NCBI RefSeq assembly: GCF_009914755.1
Contig: NC_060927.1
Length of the DNA: 64,000 nucleotides
Direction: 5' to 3' (one strand)
Source of the DNA: the human T2T-CHM13v2.0 reference genome, Homo sapiens
Under the pieces are notes generated by a model that was not told where the DNA came from, did not search any database, and saw only the letters and a program-made list of their open reading frames with translations. The first letter of the stretch is position 1. Each line of letters starts with the position of its first letter. This document shows positions 14,853 through 31,321 of the stretch, piece after piece. The position numbers and the translations under genes were made by a program.

Positions 14853-17325
14853 CTAGCACCACCACCCACCCGCCCACACACATACACACACTTTATGCCA
14901 GACTTTCAGTAAAAATCTGCAAGATACACTGTCTTGGGTAAAAGAAATTGGTGGAAAATTAAAGACAAAGTTGTCTTCCATATATGGAATTAATGACAAA
15001 AATAGAAAAGGAAAAAAAATGGCCAGGAGGTGAGATGCAAACAGGGAATAAGAATTTAACAGAAGCAGGAAATCAAGGTTAGGAAAGCAAAGAAAAATGT
15101 GCCAGGAACAGTTTAACCCTACCCCCACCACAGAGATACTAGGATTCCCAACCAGATGTGGATTTGGCCTTGAGTGTATTTTGTTTTGTTTGTTGTGACT
15201 ATTAAATGAATGATAAATCCTAAATCCTGGACATCTTTGGGTGACATGGTGATAACTGGTATGGCAATTTTTCAGTGAATTACCATTAAATCCCAGCCTA
15301 TCTAATCACAGGTCATGCAACTCATTGCGGTAGAAATGTAGTCCAAATATTCATCTCTTGATTCCCAGCCCAGTTTACCATCCCTCATCATTAAAACAGA
15401 ACTAGAGAGGATGACAAGGGCTAGAGGTGAAAACAACAGTGGGCCTCTCCTTGGATCCAAGGCAGCACAATGATTCAAAATCAAATGTGTGGCTGCCCAG
15501 GAGAGAAATTCAGGTGACTCACAGACGCTCTTTGACTCAGTCCTGTGTAATGGAATTTCAAAACAGGAATAACATTATTACACCTTCCAGCAATTCACAG
15601 CCAATATTTGCAATTAAAAATCACCGGGTTCTAGCCTTAAATAAGGCTGTTGAAGAACTTATGCTAATAAATGGCTCTCCTTCGCACTTACAAAATTATT
15701 CTAAGCCATTGGGAAAGGTCACTTCTGCTAACAGTGTACAAAAAAAAGATCTTCCCTTTGGTTCTAATTCTGGGTGAATGGCATGCCTGTGGGGCTGACT
15801 GACAGGACCCTGTGCCAGCATGGTGCCACATGCCAGCTGGTCAGTACAGCCAAGGAGCATACGTATGCTGGGCCCTGTATCAGCAGTCTCAGCTGGTCAC
15901 TGACAAGGCAACCATGCTGAAGACATATTTTGCAATTTGGTCACACTAAAATTTGATTGCGTGTGTATGTGTGAGTCCATGTATGTTTAATGATATGAAT
16001 CAATACAGTTTATTGGCAATTGTTTTTCAGACTGACAATAAGCAACACAAAAGCTCAAATAAATTGTTTCTCATCTCTTTGGAATCATGTGGAGCAAACA
16101 GGTGTAAAAAAGGAAAAGGAAAAACAGCCAAAAAAAGAGGACAGGTAAATGAGACATTTTACAGTACATTAAGGTGTGAGGCTGGCACTGCATTCTTACT
16201 AAAATACACACACACACAAATTGGGGCCTTATAGAGGAAAGAAAATAAATTTAATCTCCAGCTCGCCCAATGCAAATTCAAGGCATTCCATTCTTACTGT
16301 TCACTCCCAAAAGCTACAATCTGGCCAGTAGGACAAGAATTATGCAGGCATAAAAATATGGAGCAAAAATAAGGGAAGAAAATGGGTCCCTGAAAACCTT
16401 AAAGAAATGAAATATACTTTAAGAAATATTGGAGGGGTCTGGAAGCAGACACTGGAACAGCAACCAAATCAGTGTTCAGGTATCCAGGAAGCTGTTTGGG
16501 GTGGGAGGGAGTAAGGCTTACAAGGGCGGCCTGACCCCCAGGACGCCACGGGTCGAGTCGAGGAGTTAATGCAGGATGTTGCTGACCAGCAAGAACTTGC
16601 AGAGGAGATTTTAACAACGATTTCAAGACCTGCAGGGTCTGGAAGAGTTTGACAAGAATGAGCTCATAGCGGAATTAGAAGAACTCATCTCACTTCAAAG
16701 CCATAGGGCTGCATCACTGCTTCCTCTACAGAGTCTGCACAGGGGAGGGGAAAACTGGCCGGGGCAGGGGGCAGTAAGCAGAGCAGCAGATGCCTGCTGT
16801 TTATGATGTTGAATTATATAAAATAAACTGTATTTGCAAATCCAACATTTAGCTTCTGGGCTAGATATCATAACTTCACTGCTGAATCCTCAATGGAAAG
16901 AGCCACTTGTTTGCACTTGAAGGTGTCTGAAAATGTCATCTCTGTCCTTTTAAGACAGGCAACTTGTTCCACGTTTCTCTGTCAGACTTGTATGGTACTG
17001 GAAGAAAAGCCATTTTTTAAAAGTCATAGACCTTCCCTTGTCCTTAGCTGTAATAATACATCTGATTTTGGTTTCCTAAAGAGTTGTATTTCTCTTCAAC
17101 CCTGTATGTACCTCTCTTGCCCACTCCTCATTCCCACTCCACTGGTCTTTCGGAGTTTGTGATTCTTATTTGAAATTGACAATATTCTCTTGAGAGCAAG
17201 TAAGATTGTTAGAATTAAATTGCAGCCATAGAGTTTTTAAATATAATTCTAAGGTCCTTGAGGCTGTTTGTAGTAACTGCTAGATAACTTGTTGGAAACA
17301 TGTGCACACATTTGTATTCAAATGA

Positions 17326-17724
<399 letters not shown>

Positions 17725-17995
17725 TAGCAATTTTTAAAAACTTAGATGCATAATAGCAAAACGGAGAGTCATGTGGCTAATCAGCATGCTTCCATAAACA
17801 CAAAGAATTCCAAAGATGATAATCCTGACACCAACATCATCAGTATTAAGGTTCTTCTAGTAATAAGGAATAAATACAAACTCTGGCTAGATTCAGAGAG
17901 ATACGAGAGGAGAAAGGGGGAGAATGAATTTACTGGAAGGACACTGGAAGGAGTTCGTAAAGCTCTAGGGGCTTGAAGGGTAATTTCCTGTAGAG

Positions 17996-18181
17996 CATTG
18001 ATTTTCAACCTTGATTACATAATAGAATCACACGGGTAACTGTAAAAAAAAAGAAAAAAGTAATGCACTGACTCCACTCAGACAAATTACATCAGAATCT
18101 CAAGGGGTAGGGCCCTTGAATAAGTATATTTTAAAAGCTTTCCAGCTGATTTTAATGCATAGCCAGGGATTGAGAACTACT
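17996..18181. mobile_element. MER5-type hAT MITE
   Basis: 'ttttcaacctt..agaatcac..atcagaatctc..gtgattttaatgcatagccagggattgagaactac'-like layout. Confidence 0.75.
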
Positions 18182-19646
18182 CCTCTGGAATGTTAGAATT
18201 AACACCCCTCAATCTTTATGACTCCCTGGTCCAATGCTTTTAGCTCAAAATTCCAAAATTCCCAGGAGAGAGATGTAAGTGGCCCAGTTTACATTCATAG
18301 GATACCACTGAACAAATTTAGCCACTGCCAAGTAAACAAGGTCATATTGGACCAGACACAGCCGCTGGGAGTCCATGTCTGTGGGTCAGGGCAGGTTGAA
18401 TTACTGTGAGCTGGGCAGCCACCCAGAAAGTGTCTATTACACCACCCATGGGTGTGATGGGAAGTTTCATGCTTAACCAGTACTCCCTTCTTCTCTGAGA
18501 ACACACAGATAAAATGACAAGACAGAGTCCAGATTCCAGTAGGGCAGCCCAGGGTGACACCGAAGGGACTGCAGAGATGCTTCGTACACCCCAGCCAGTG
18601 AATGAATCCTCCTATGTTCATTCATTCAAACACCAATGTCACCTGGTAAAAGTTCTGGGTTAGAGATAGAAAAGAATGATTTGTAATTACTGTAACAAAG
18701 TGTAAGTCTCTGATCTGCTCACCTTGTAAATGTGCAAGAGCAGCTTAAGCAATAAAAGAAAAGCTCTTAAGTACATAAATCTTTCCTAGACGAGCTAGTT
18801 TATGCCAATGGTAATTTAACAGGCCGTCTTTTTCCCTAAGTAGTGTCAAGATAAACTTCAATCTGAATTTAGTTCTAACACAAAGTTGGAATTAAAGAAA
18901 TTCAACCTAACTTTTTTAATGTAATAAATAAACAACTATTCCAGCTGTGACATAGATATTAAAGGGAAACACATTGCGTATGTAGAATAATTTACAAATC
19001 GAAAACAGTATATATACTTCAGAACACAAGCAAATGAGAAGTACCTGCAAAGCGTGCAGCACCAGGAGAAATCAAGGTGAGACAGCTGCTGCTTTCAAGA
19101 CAGCCACCAGTTTGAATGGGTAACCAAACCTACACTCAAAGAGACAGTCAAGTATCTCAAGAGAGCATGCAATTCAGAGTCAGAATGAATGATTCATTGG
19201 TAAGGGCCACATGAGTACACCAAAATCCAGAGTAGTTTTGAATCATGAGCCCAGCCCTGGCCCCAGAGGTCTCTCACAGTAGACCATGGAATGGGCTGGT
19301 CAATCTCATTAACATCCCACTGGAATCCAAAACACACAAAAGCCTAGGGATCATGAAGGAAAAGCTGTATATTCATACTGCTTTCAGTGTGGTTCGGGAG
19401 AAAAGAGAGAAAACAGCAGAGCCCTGAAGTATCAGGTAAAGCATATAAGGGACTGTCACACAATACAGTCATCTTTGTTTGGATTCTTCCATAAGCAGAG
19501 CTTGAGACAAGGAATTTGAGTGCAAGTAATTTATTTGATAGGTGAAGGAAAACATGAGTAGGGGCATGGGGACCTGAGACCGGGAGGAGAAGACAGATAA
19601 TATAGGATGCGTCATCAAGTGGGTTACCCCTATGAGCAATTGGATC

Positions 19647-19932
19647 TTTTTTTTATTTTTATTTTTTGTATTATACTTTAAGTTCTAGGGTACATATGCA
19701 CAACGTGCAGGTTTGTTACATAGGTATACATGTGACTTGTTGGTGTGCTGCACCCATTAACTCGTCATTTACATTAGGTATATCTCCTAATGCTATCCCT
19801 CCCCCCTCCCCCCACTCCACCACAGGCCCCGGTGTGTGATGTTCCCCATCCTGTGTCCAAGTGTTCTCATTGTTCAATTCCTGCCTATGAGGGAGAACAT
19901 GCGGTGTTTGGTTTTCTGTCCATGCAATAGTT
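19647..19932 (-). mobile_element. L1PA (L1PA4-like) short 3' fragment
   Basis: Young L1 3'UTR; TSD gag(c/a)aattgg(a/g)tct at 19634 and 19933. Confidence 0.93.
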
Positions 19933-20104
19933 GAGAAATTGGGTCTTAATGCTGCTAGGGAGAAAAATCTAGGTGAAGAACACACAGTCAGAATGATCCC
20001 ACCCAGGGTGAGGGATCTAGGGTATGTATACACCAACAGCCATTAGTGATTGGTAGAGGGGTGCTGTAGGGGAAAACAGGAAGGTGTTAATAACCTGGCA
20101 ATTT

Positions 20105-20407
<303 letters not shown>

Positions 20408-20764
20408 TTAGGTCTGCTGAGCATATAGGTAGATTGGCTCCAGGAGCCAGGAAAAGCCTTCAGTGAATGGGATGTGAGATTGGCAGTTGACTTCAGCTGG
20501 TCTATGATGAAATGGTAAGACTTGAATGGATAGGGTGAGGTCTAACAGCATTTGCTATGATTTCCCACAGTAGAAAGAGCACTAGATTTGACATGAGGAT
20601 ACCTATGTATGAGGCCAAGACCACTAATACCTAGTCCTGGGGATGGCGAGAGAAGCAGATGCAGATGATACATCCTTTACAAATCATAAAGTATAATATG
20701 CACACTAACTGTAATTATTAACTAAAAATTTTCAAAACTGAAGGATTATAGCTAGTATGTAGAA

Positions 20765-20990
20765 AAGGGAGTAGTCCCTAAAGTCACAGTCCTGTGTTCA
20801 AGTCCCAGTTCCACCCCTTCTTGACTCCAGGGCCTCATTTCAGTAACTTCACCTCTCCTTACTTATCAAATGAGGGCAATTAATAATACCTACTTCATAG
20901 TTCTATTAGGATTAAAAGCACATAAGCATGTAAACCATCTAGGACCATATCTAGCAAATGGTAAGTATCAACTTCATCACCCTTCTTATC
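20765..20990 (+). mobile_element. MIR
   Basis: 'cctgtgttcaagtcccagttccacc..atcaaatgagggcaattaataatacctacttcatag'. Confidence 0.7.
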
Positions 20991-21898
20991 ATCGTTAAGT
21001 AGAAATGTTTGAATGTTACACATAAAGTGAATAGTAATGCAGTAAATTCTATCACAGTTAATTTCTATTGATCTATGTTAAAAGCTAGTGCACGCAATAA
21101 CAATAAGTGGATGGATGGATGGATGATTGTAAGGCTAGAAGTAGAGACTGTAGAGAGAGTGGTTAAAAATAAAATACTCATTTTATGTTATTCTGTTTTC
21201 AGATCACCTAAAAGCAAATGTTCAATATTTTCTACATCGTCCTAGATGCTGGCTGGTAAGGGTTTAAATTACACTAGCAAACAAATACAACCAGGAGGGT
21301 ACAGTGTCTGTGAAACTAAAACCGATTCCTATTACGGAAAATCATTTTTTATATGTCTGCTTCCCTGCTTTAGTAAACAGAACACAGAGAACATAATTGA
21401 ATATTTGATGATTGAAAATCTTGCAGTGTCTGTGAGTTCTCATACTGAACATCAGTTCTCATCACACAAGCCTGTAGGTGTACTTGTGGGATGGCAACAG
21501 ATTACACAGAATCTTTAATGGCCTTGAGAAGCACTCATAAGGCTTCTTTTTCTTTATCTTTATCCTTTAAGAAATAAATAAATATTTGATATCAGTTGGG
21601 TAAGGTTTTTGTTTGTAAATTTTTTCCATCTGATTAAGTTTAGGGGAATTTTGTTTGTCTACTGCTCTCTGAATAAGATGAGCTCTCTCTGCCTCTCTGC
21701 ACACTGAGTCGGGGAAGTTGAGGGGGTCCTTTATCACCTTCCTGAGCACTGTGGGACTAGATACTTTCCTCTACTGGTCTAGACCTAGAGATAAGGTTAG
21801 TAAGCCCAGCTTCTCATCCTACAGTAGCATCTCCAGGCATTAATCTGGGGGACTCTTCCAGATGCATTCTGAGTTTTTCAGCAAAGAGTTGTTCATAA

Positions 21899-22351
<453 letters not shown>

Positions 22352-23820
22352 CCTGTCCTCTCCCTTATTATGCCAGCCACATTGAATCCCAGAAGTTATG
22401 CTCTGGACATGGGCCTCTCAATGGATGTCAGAGGGAAAAAGTCATGGGGGGAGGATGGAAGATCTAGGGAACATAGTATAATTATTACTGGTTCAGCAGA
22501 TAATTGTCTTGCAAATAAAAGCCAGTTACCTGATTCATTGACTGGAGAGGTCTCAGAGTCCCAGGTTTAAAGGTGAACATTGACCTTAGTCACCGTTTTC
22601 TCGCTCTATAATATTCTGGTTCAGTGAGTGGAGGATATAAAGCCATAGAGTGCTTTTCAAAATCTAACCCCAACCATGTTTCAGTAAAAATACAGTCTGT
22701 ATAGATTCAACTCTGTTTCCTCCTTGGTTTATAGCTTTTGTGCTAACATTTTTGTAGTCATTTGTGGCTATTTTCATAGGAAGTTTTGAGGAGCGTTATC
22801 AGGCATTGCTTTTTAATTACCATACCAACCCAGAAATACCAGAATGAGAAGACTGAAATTCCAGTTACAATAAAAACTGCACATAAAAGTCATCTAACCA
22901 TTATCTGCAGATATCAAGAACGCAGTAAAATAGTGCTGGATTCTGTGCACTAAAGCTCATGCCCTTGGCTCCTGAGAAAGCCCTCAATGCAGAAACTAAC
23001 AGTTGTCTAATCCAATAGCTGTGCTTCTTTTCCTCCTCAAACAGCTCAGTTTGTAGTTGGGTACATTATGGCCCAAAATAAAAGATCCATTTTTCATTAT
23101 CCCCTGCTGCTGAGTGACCATGTGACTAAATCCTGGCCACTAAATTCTAGAAATGTTATATAGGACTTCAGGAAGTTTCCGTAAAAGTGAGGAAGTACAC
23201 TCTTCTTCTTTCATAATTCCATTCTGCTGCTTGGAATGCAGATGTGGTGGCTGGAGCACCAGCAGCACCTTAAAACATGACGATGAAAGTTTCATGCCAG
23301 AGATAACAGAGCAGACAGCTGGAAGGAGCCTGGGTCACTGATAAATTTCTTGAGTCCCTATTCCAATCTTATATTTCTGATTAACAAACCACCTAAAATG
23401 TAGTGGCATAAAACAATAGCAATCATTTACTGTAATTCTCTCTCATAATTCCAAGTGTTGTCTAGGGAGCTCTTGCTCAGGGCTTCTCACATGGGGCTGG
23501 AGTCATCTGAAGACTTCCTCACTCACATATGCAGAGGTTAATGCTTATTATATGACTGGGATCTCAATTGCTGCTCTAAGTCGGAACACTTGGCTTCCCA
23601 ATGTGGCCTGGACTTCCTCAGATGCCTTACAACATCTGCTTGTTTCTGATCTTGGAATCTAGCTGCCACTTAAAGCCCTTTGTGATCTGCTCTCCAAAGA
23701 CAGGTTCAAGGATGAGGTCTCAGACTCACTTCTGGGAAAAGGGAGGACAGGGAATGGCAAGATCGTGGTTCAGGAAAAGCAGAAGATATTGTTACAGCCG
23801 TCTTTAAAACATAAAAATCT

Positions 23821-24119
<299 letters not shown>

Positions 24120-24449
24120 GGCCAGACACAGTGACTCATGCCTGTAATCCCAGCACTTTGGGAGGCCAACGTGGGCAGATGACAAGATCAGGAGTTCGAG
24201 ACCAGCCTGGCCAACATAGTGAAACCCCGTCTCTACTGAAAGTAAAAAAATTAGCTGGACATGGTGGCTTTGGCGCACGCCTATAATCCCAGCTACTCAA
24301 GAGGCTGAGGCAGGAGAATCACTTGAACCCAGGAGGCAGAGGTTGTAGTGAGCCGAGATCATGCCACTGCACTCCAGCCTGGGCAAGAGAGCAAGACTCT
24401 GTCTCAAAACAAAAACAAAAACAAAAACAAAAAAACAAACCAAAAAAAC
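24120..24449 (+). mobile_element. AluS inserted in the tail of the previous Alu
   Basis: Head-to-tail dimer with a (CAAAAA)n tail. Confidence 0.95.
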
Positions 24450-26044
24450 ACTTAAAATCTGTCAACACCCCACGCCAGCCCTAAATGCCTTACTTCCACA
24501 TGTATCTTATGTGAGAAGCAAACATCCGTATTGTTTGAGTGGGTGTTACTATGGGTTTTTCTCTGATGTGCAGGCCAGCCTGATCCTGACTGATAGAGCT
24601 CCCGAGGCCATCGCTCATACTTGATCTGCATACACTTTACACACTACTCTAACCGGCTTGTTCCATCTGGAGGCTCCCCCCAAGGAAGATAATTGACAAC
24701 GGAAGAGAAAGGGGGCGGGGCGAACGTTGTTACAATCAAGTCAGGCACACTCATAGCAACACCAACGGAGAAAAGAAATGGAAAAGTCATATACAGTCAC
24801 CCACACTATCAGAAGGCATAGCTGTCTCTATGTGGCCATTTCCTAAAAAGACAAGCAGCAGAACTATGTGAGTCAAAAAACCCTAGAGATTATAACTAAC
24901 TAAGTACAGTAGAATTCAAGAATTAACAAGGCCCCTATAGTATTAAAAAGGCATTGAGTTTACTTATGGCAGCCTGATTAAAGATGATTTTTGTACATAT
25001 TATTACTGAGGACAATCTCTGAGAAAAGATTTCCTTGTAGGTTTTTGAGACATGATTTCATATTCTTATAATTTTTCCTTAAAAGAATCCCTGAAAGATA
25101 ATTTACTAATGCCAAATTCCATTTTTGAATTAAGTGAACAAATAAAAAAGACACAAAAGCAATCTTAATTCAGTCAGAGATGTTCAAATTAAGCTCAATC
25201 TGCACATTAATTTTGCGCCTGGAGGAGCTACTGCATAGCTGTCCCACGATGCCCTGGGGAGCACAGCAGCACCATTTTTCTGTGAAGAACCCTAGATCTC
25301 AGGGAAATATTCAAGAACGGAGCAGGGACTGTCCATAGGAAAGCCCACAGTCTACAGAGTGCTCATCTCCACTTTCTGAGAAACTGGAGTTAATGTTGTT
25401 TCTTCTATCGTTTGTTGTTTTGTTTGATTTGGTTTTAAGAAGCTTTTTTTGTTTTGCTTTGTTTTAAGAAGCTTTTTGCTTCTTAGGGTTCTAAAATGCC
25501 TTGGGATCAACCAATACTAAATTCAGTTTAGAAACTCTAAAGAAGAAAGAGTACTTCAGTCAACATTTTTCTCCTTCTTCCATCAACCCCAAAGAAAAAG
25601 AAACAAACGATTTAAGATATACATCTATTTCCTCACTAGCAGTGTTAAAAAAAAAAAAGGACTTAACCCCTGAAATCATATAAGTCCTTCCCTTCTTGAT
25701 TCTATTTGGCCTTACTAAAATTAAACCTCCACAGACATGTCAATCTGTTATTTCCACCAAACTTCAGAGTTTTCTATATTATATTCAGAAATGGGGTTCA
25801 TAGTTACCAAAAAAAGACTCATTTTTTCATTATGGTCCCCCACACACTGTTCACATCCAAGCCACAAGGAATTGGTGGTACAGACACACACCACTCCATC
25901 CCCTGACTTTGCGCTATTTCCACCACCAGAAATGCACGTGCCTTGTTGCCAACTATTTTCCACTGCAAGGCCCACATCAAATGCCTTCTTCTCTATGAAG
26001 TCGTTCCTTGCCTTCTAAATTAGAATTAACCTCCTCCTCCACTT

Positions 26045-27160
26045 TCAACAAATAAATACTTGAGTGCCTACTGAATGCTGGGCACTATTTTAGGGTCAAG
26101 GGAAACAACAGGGAGAAAACATGGCAACATGCACCCTTCTACTGGAAGAGATAAACATTAATCAAATAATCAATGAAAAAATGTAAAATTGTGATATATG
26201 CCATAAATGGGTGGCCATGGTGCTCTATGATAAAGGACATGTGATCAGCTATATGGTAAGTCAGAAACTGTAAAGGACCTGAAATTTTATCCAGCTCACA
26301 AGTTAACAAAATAGCCTGCCAATTTTACATACATATAACAACAGAAGATACAAGACTCCTGGGTCAGAAACATGGATACTTTGTTATACCAAAAACAGCA
26401 GCCAGGGCAGTCTCTTGTATAGCTCCTCCACCCCCCAATCTCCACAAGGCTGTGGTTGAGGGACCAACGTTACCTGCTCATGCAGTAAGGTGCACCACAG
26501 GAGAAGAACCCTGAATTTTAGAAGATTGGCTCTTATAAGGCTGTTCATCTGCTCATACACCTCTCTGGAGAGAAAGAGAGAGCAATGTAAGCAAATCTCT
26601 GGGGAAGAGGAGGAAACGTCATCACTACTCTGGAATGTGAGCAAATGGCTCCAGGAAGGTATGTCTCTAAAAGTCTCTAGGAAAACACCATCTCTAGCTT
26701 CCAAGAGTATTTGCTATTCAAGCATGTCCTTTGCTCAGGAAGCTCAGATGAATGAGAAATGAGAGAAATCCAGAGAACTGTCTCCTCACATCATGAACAT
26801 CTGAGAAATCTTCCCTAAGAAATAAAGTGTGTGCTGAAGAATAGGTAGGAATTCATGGGATTGGGGGGACTTGGGGGCAGTGCATCCAGGCAGAGAAATT
26901 AGCATGTGCAATGCCAGGAACAGGAGAAAGCATGGTGTTTTCAAGGAAGTGCTGCATGGCTGTAGCACACATCACTAAATCAATCTGAACAGACAGACAG
27001 GGACCAGGTCATGCAGGACCTTGCAGGTTCATATTAAGGATGTGATTACTTATTCCAAGGGCAATGAGTAGCTAAAGATTTGTTTTAAGCCAAGAAATGA
27101 TATGACAAAACTTGTATTTCAACACAGCCACTCTCTATATTGCAAAGGATGGACTACAGT
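26045..27160 (-). mobile_element. L2 fragment split by an LTR
   Basis: 'ttcaacaaataaatacttgagtgcctactgaatgctgggcact' antisense L2 3' end; resumes at ~26800. Confidence 0.7.
26268..26790 (-). mobile_element. ERVL LTR, MER74/MER54/MER73-like
   Basis: TG..CA ends; 'tgaaattttatcc..caagttaacaa..agcctgcca..agactcctgggtcaga' and 'gagaactgtctcctcaca'. Confidence 0.75.
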
Positions 27161-27291
27161 GGGATCAAACCTTGTATTCTGGCTTCCCACAGAGTCTTTA
27201 ATAATGGTCGACTCTTTGAGCTTGCTTCTACCACATGCTAGTCGTTTCCTTGTACATCCCCCACCAACAATGCAGCCCAGCACCTCCAAAT

Positions 27292-28160
<869 letters not shown>

Positions 28161-28482
28161 CATTTATCGCTCACTTACATTGCACAGAACAGCAATTTCA
28201 ATCAAAACTATTTTCACCATTGAATCAGTAGTAAGAGAAGCCCCTACCTTCCTGTAGCTTCCATTTTAATGTGCTTTGATAGATGAACGTGGTTAATTTC
28301 AATTACAGTCTGCTAATCTTTCAACTTCTTTACTTAGGATACTGCAGTATGTCCACCATAGAAAAGACCCAGATAAAGATGATTTAGATTTGCCAGATGT
28401 TCAGCTGCTCTCGGAAATAGCTCCTGAATTCAGTAAAATCGGGGTGGCTTTGAATGAGGTCTGTGATCTGGCATTGGTGGCC

Positions 28483-29211
<729 letters not shown>

Positions 29212-31321
29212 TTAAAAGTGTTACCTTCTGCATTTTCCCCTTCACCACAAATTTAATAACTTTATTTTCACTGCAGCTCCATCAATTTTGGCTTGGATGT
29301 GCTATGATTCACTTCCCTAGAGCGTTTGCATAATATGTATCCCGCAGGTTTCATTTCTGTAAATCACTGCTTTGTGGGGGTATAAGGGGGGTGGATTCCA
29401 GGCGAGCTCCAGCCTTTGAGTAAGTTTTGAGACCAAAAGGAGATTGCATTTCCTGATTGCTAAGTTATCTCTGCTATTTACTGAGAAATTATTTTTCCCA
29501 TAATACTTTCGTTTGTGTATTCGATAAAGTTAATATCTGTGAAATCAGTTGATTCTCACTGTGCTAAATTATACTGGAATAGACAGAAGATTGACTTCCT
29601 GGTATTGACAAGAGAGAACTCTCAATGTCTTTTGACTTATTATCTCTGGCAGTTGGAAAGGATTACAATAACACACAAAATTACTTTACAGGGTATGTTT
29701 AGAGAGCAAAGAAAATTAATGGAGAGATGGGTTCTTGGGGTATTTTTGTCTTTTGATGAAGATTCCTATTTCCTGTCAAACATTTCCTCTGACATGAACT
29801 AGCGGCACACAATGCAAATTGATTTATCCGCACCTAAAGAAATACCTGAGGTTTAATTGCCTCTGCAATATTTATGCTTACATAAATAATTCAATGGCAA
29901 ATTAATCCAGCTTTCATAATTACCTCCCACAGAGGCACATGGCTCAGTCCCAAGGACTTAATTGCGGCTTGATGAAGGTATTTAGGTCACTACAACCAAC
30001 AAGCCATATAGAAACGTTTTAAAGACATAAAGGAAAGAAATCCGTAGCTTTCAAGTCTAAGTAAGCTCTTAGGAAGAAATACAGTATTTGTGGTTGATCT
30101 TAAACGCTGTGGACTTCAGGAAACACTGCTCTATTCATGATGAACTTTCTAAACACACTTTGTCTTCAACATCATCCATGAGCATATAGCATATCAGGTG
30201 CTTAAATTTGCACTTGAGTGACATATTTGCCCTGACTTGGCATATCTCCCTCATAAACTGGTACAGCTATTTCTTCTTTGGTGTTTCATTCATCAAATTC
30301 AGCTGTCATACGTTGAGCCACTGGTCTACTTTCATTTTGCTCACTCTCCTTTAATTCTTCCCTGGGCCAAGGCTGTATTCCTGGACATAGCTTTCAGGCA
30401 GAGAAGAGGCCAGTTAGCTCAGCACCTGCACCTTATTGGATTTTACTAGCCAGATAACAACTAGATAACAACTTTCTCTTCTTCCAAAAATTCACATGTT
30501 AAAAATCAGGACCACCCAAAAAAGATAAAAATCATACATCCTGTCATTCACCAATTGGAATAGGAGCTAAAATTGGCATTGAATGGTATAGCTTATTAAA
30601 TGGCTTGATTACATTATCTGGGATATTCTACCCTTACCAGAACTGGGAGGGAATTAGAATAATTCAACCATATAGACAAGAATCTGAGGCTTAAAGAGGT
30701 AGAGTAGTTTTCTCCACATGAACAAGATAATAATTTGTAGAGCCAGGCTCAAACACAAGTCTTCTTATCCTAGCACGTGAGCAGGGACTTTGTTTGATTC
30801 ACTCATCTGTGTCTAGATCCTAGAACATGGCCTGGCACACAGTAGGCTCTCAATAAATATTTGTCAAGTGAATGGATTATAAGCCCTATGTGCTTTGCTC
30901 TGAGTCACACTGCCTTTGTAGGAAATACATAATTCTGCTACTTTGAATGATGTTCACCCTCTGGCTTCCCGTATTCTCTTTCCCACAGCCCATCCAATCT
31001 ATGCTTCAAACTCAGGCGACTGCCACCCAGACCTCTAACAGCACCCATGTCTCTCTACAGCATGACTCTGCTCATATTAACTTATGATATAGCTGAGCAC
31101 TTGGTCATGCACTAATCTGTATTGGCTTCTAATTGTATGTTTGTCTTGTCTCTCAGTTCCTCTCAGTCTTTTTTATTTCAGCCAACCCAGGTGTGTCTGT
31201 GTGAATCTGCAGGAGGGATTCATTTGTACTGAAGATTAAATAGCTAAACTGCAAAATGTTGGCAAGGCAGCAAGCTGAATCCTTTTAATTCTTGCTACTA
31301 CAGTGAAAAGAAAGCAGAAAA

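Noticed and set aside
15856-15869. 14-bp perfect palindromes (agcatacgtatgct; also atctgaattcagat near 58016)
   Set aside because: A few are expected by chance in 64 kb (about 64000/4^7)
19797-19830. G-quadruplex-forming tract
   Set aside because: Standard L1 3'UTR polypurine tract
25432-25477. Short tandem duplications (gttttaagaagcttttt twice; also 10116-10146 and 30452-30473)
   Set aside because: Ordinary slippage-scale duplications
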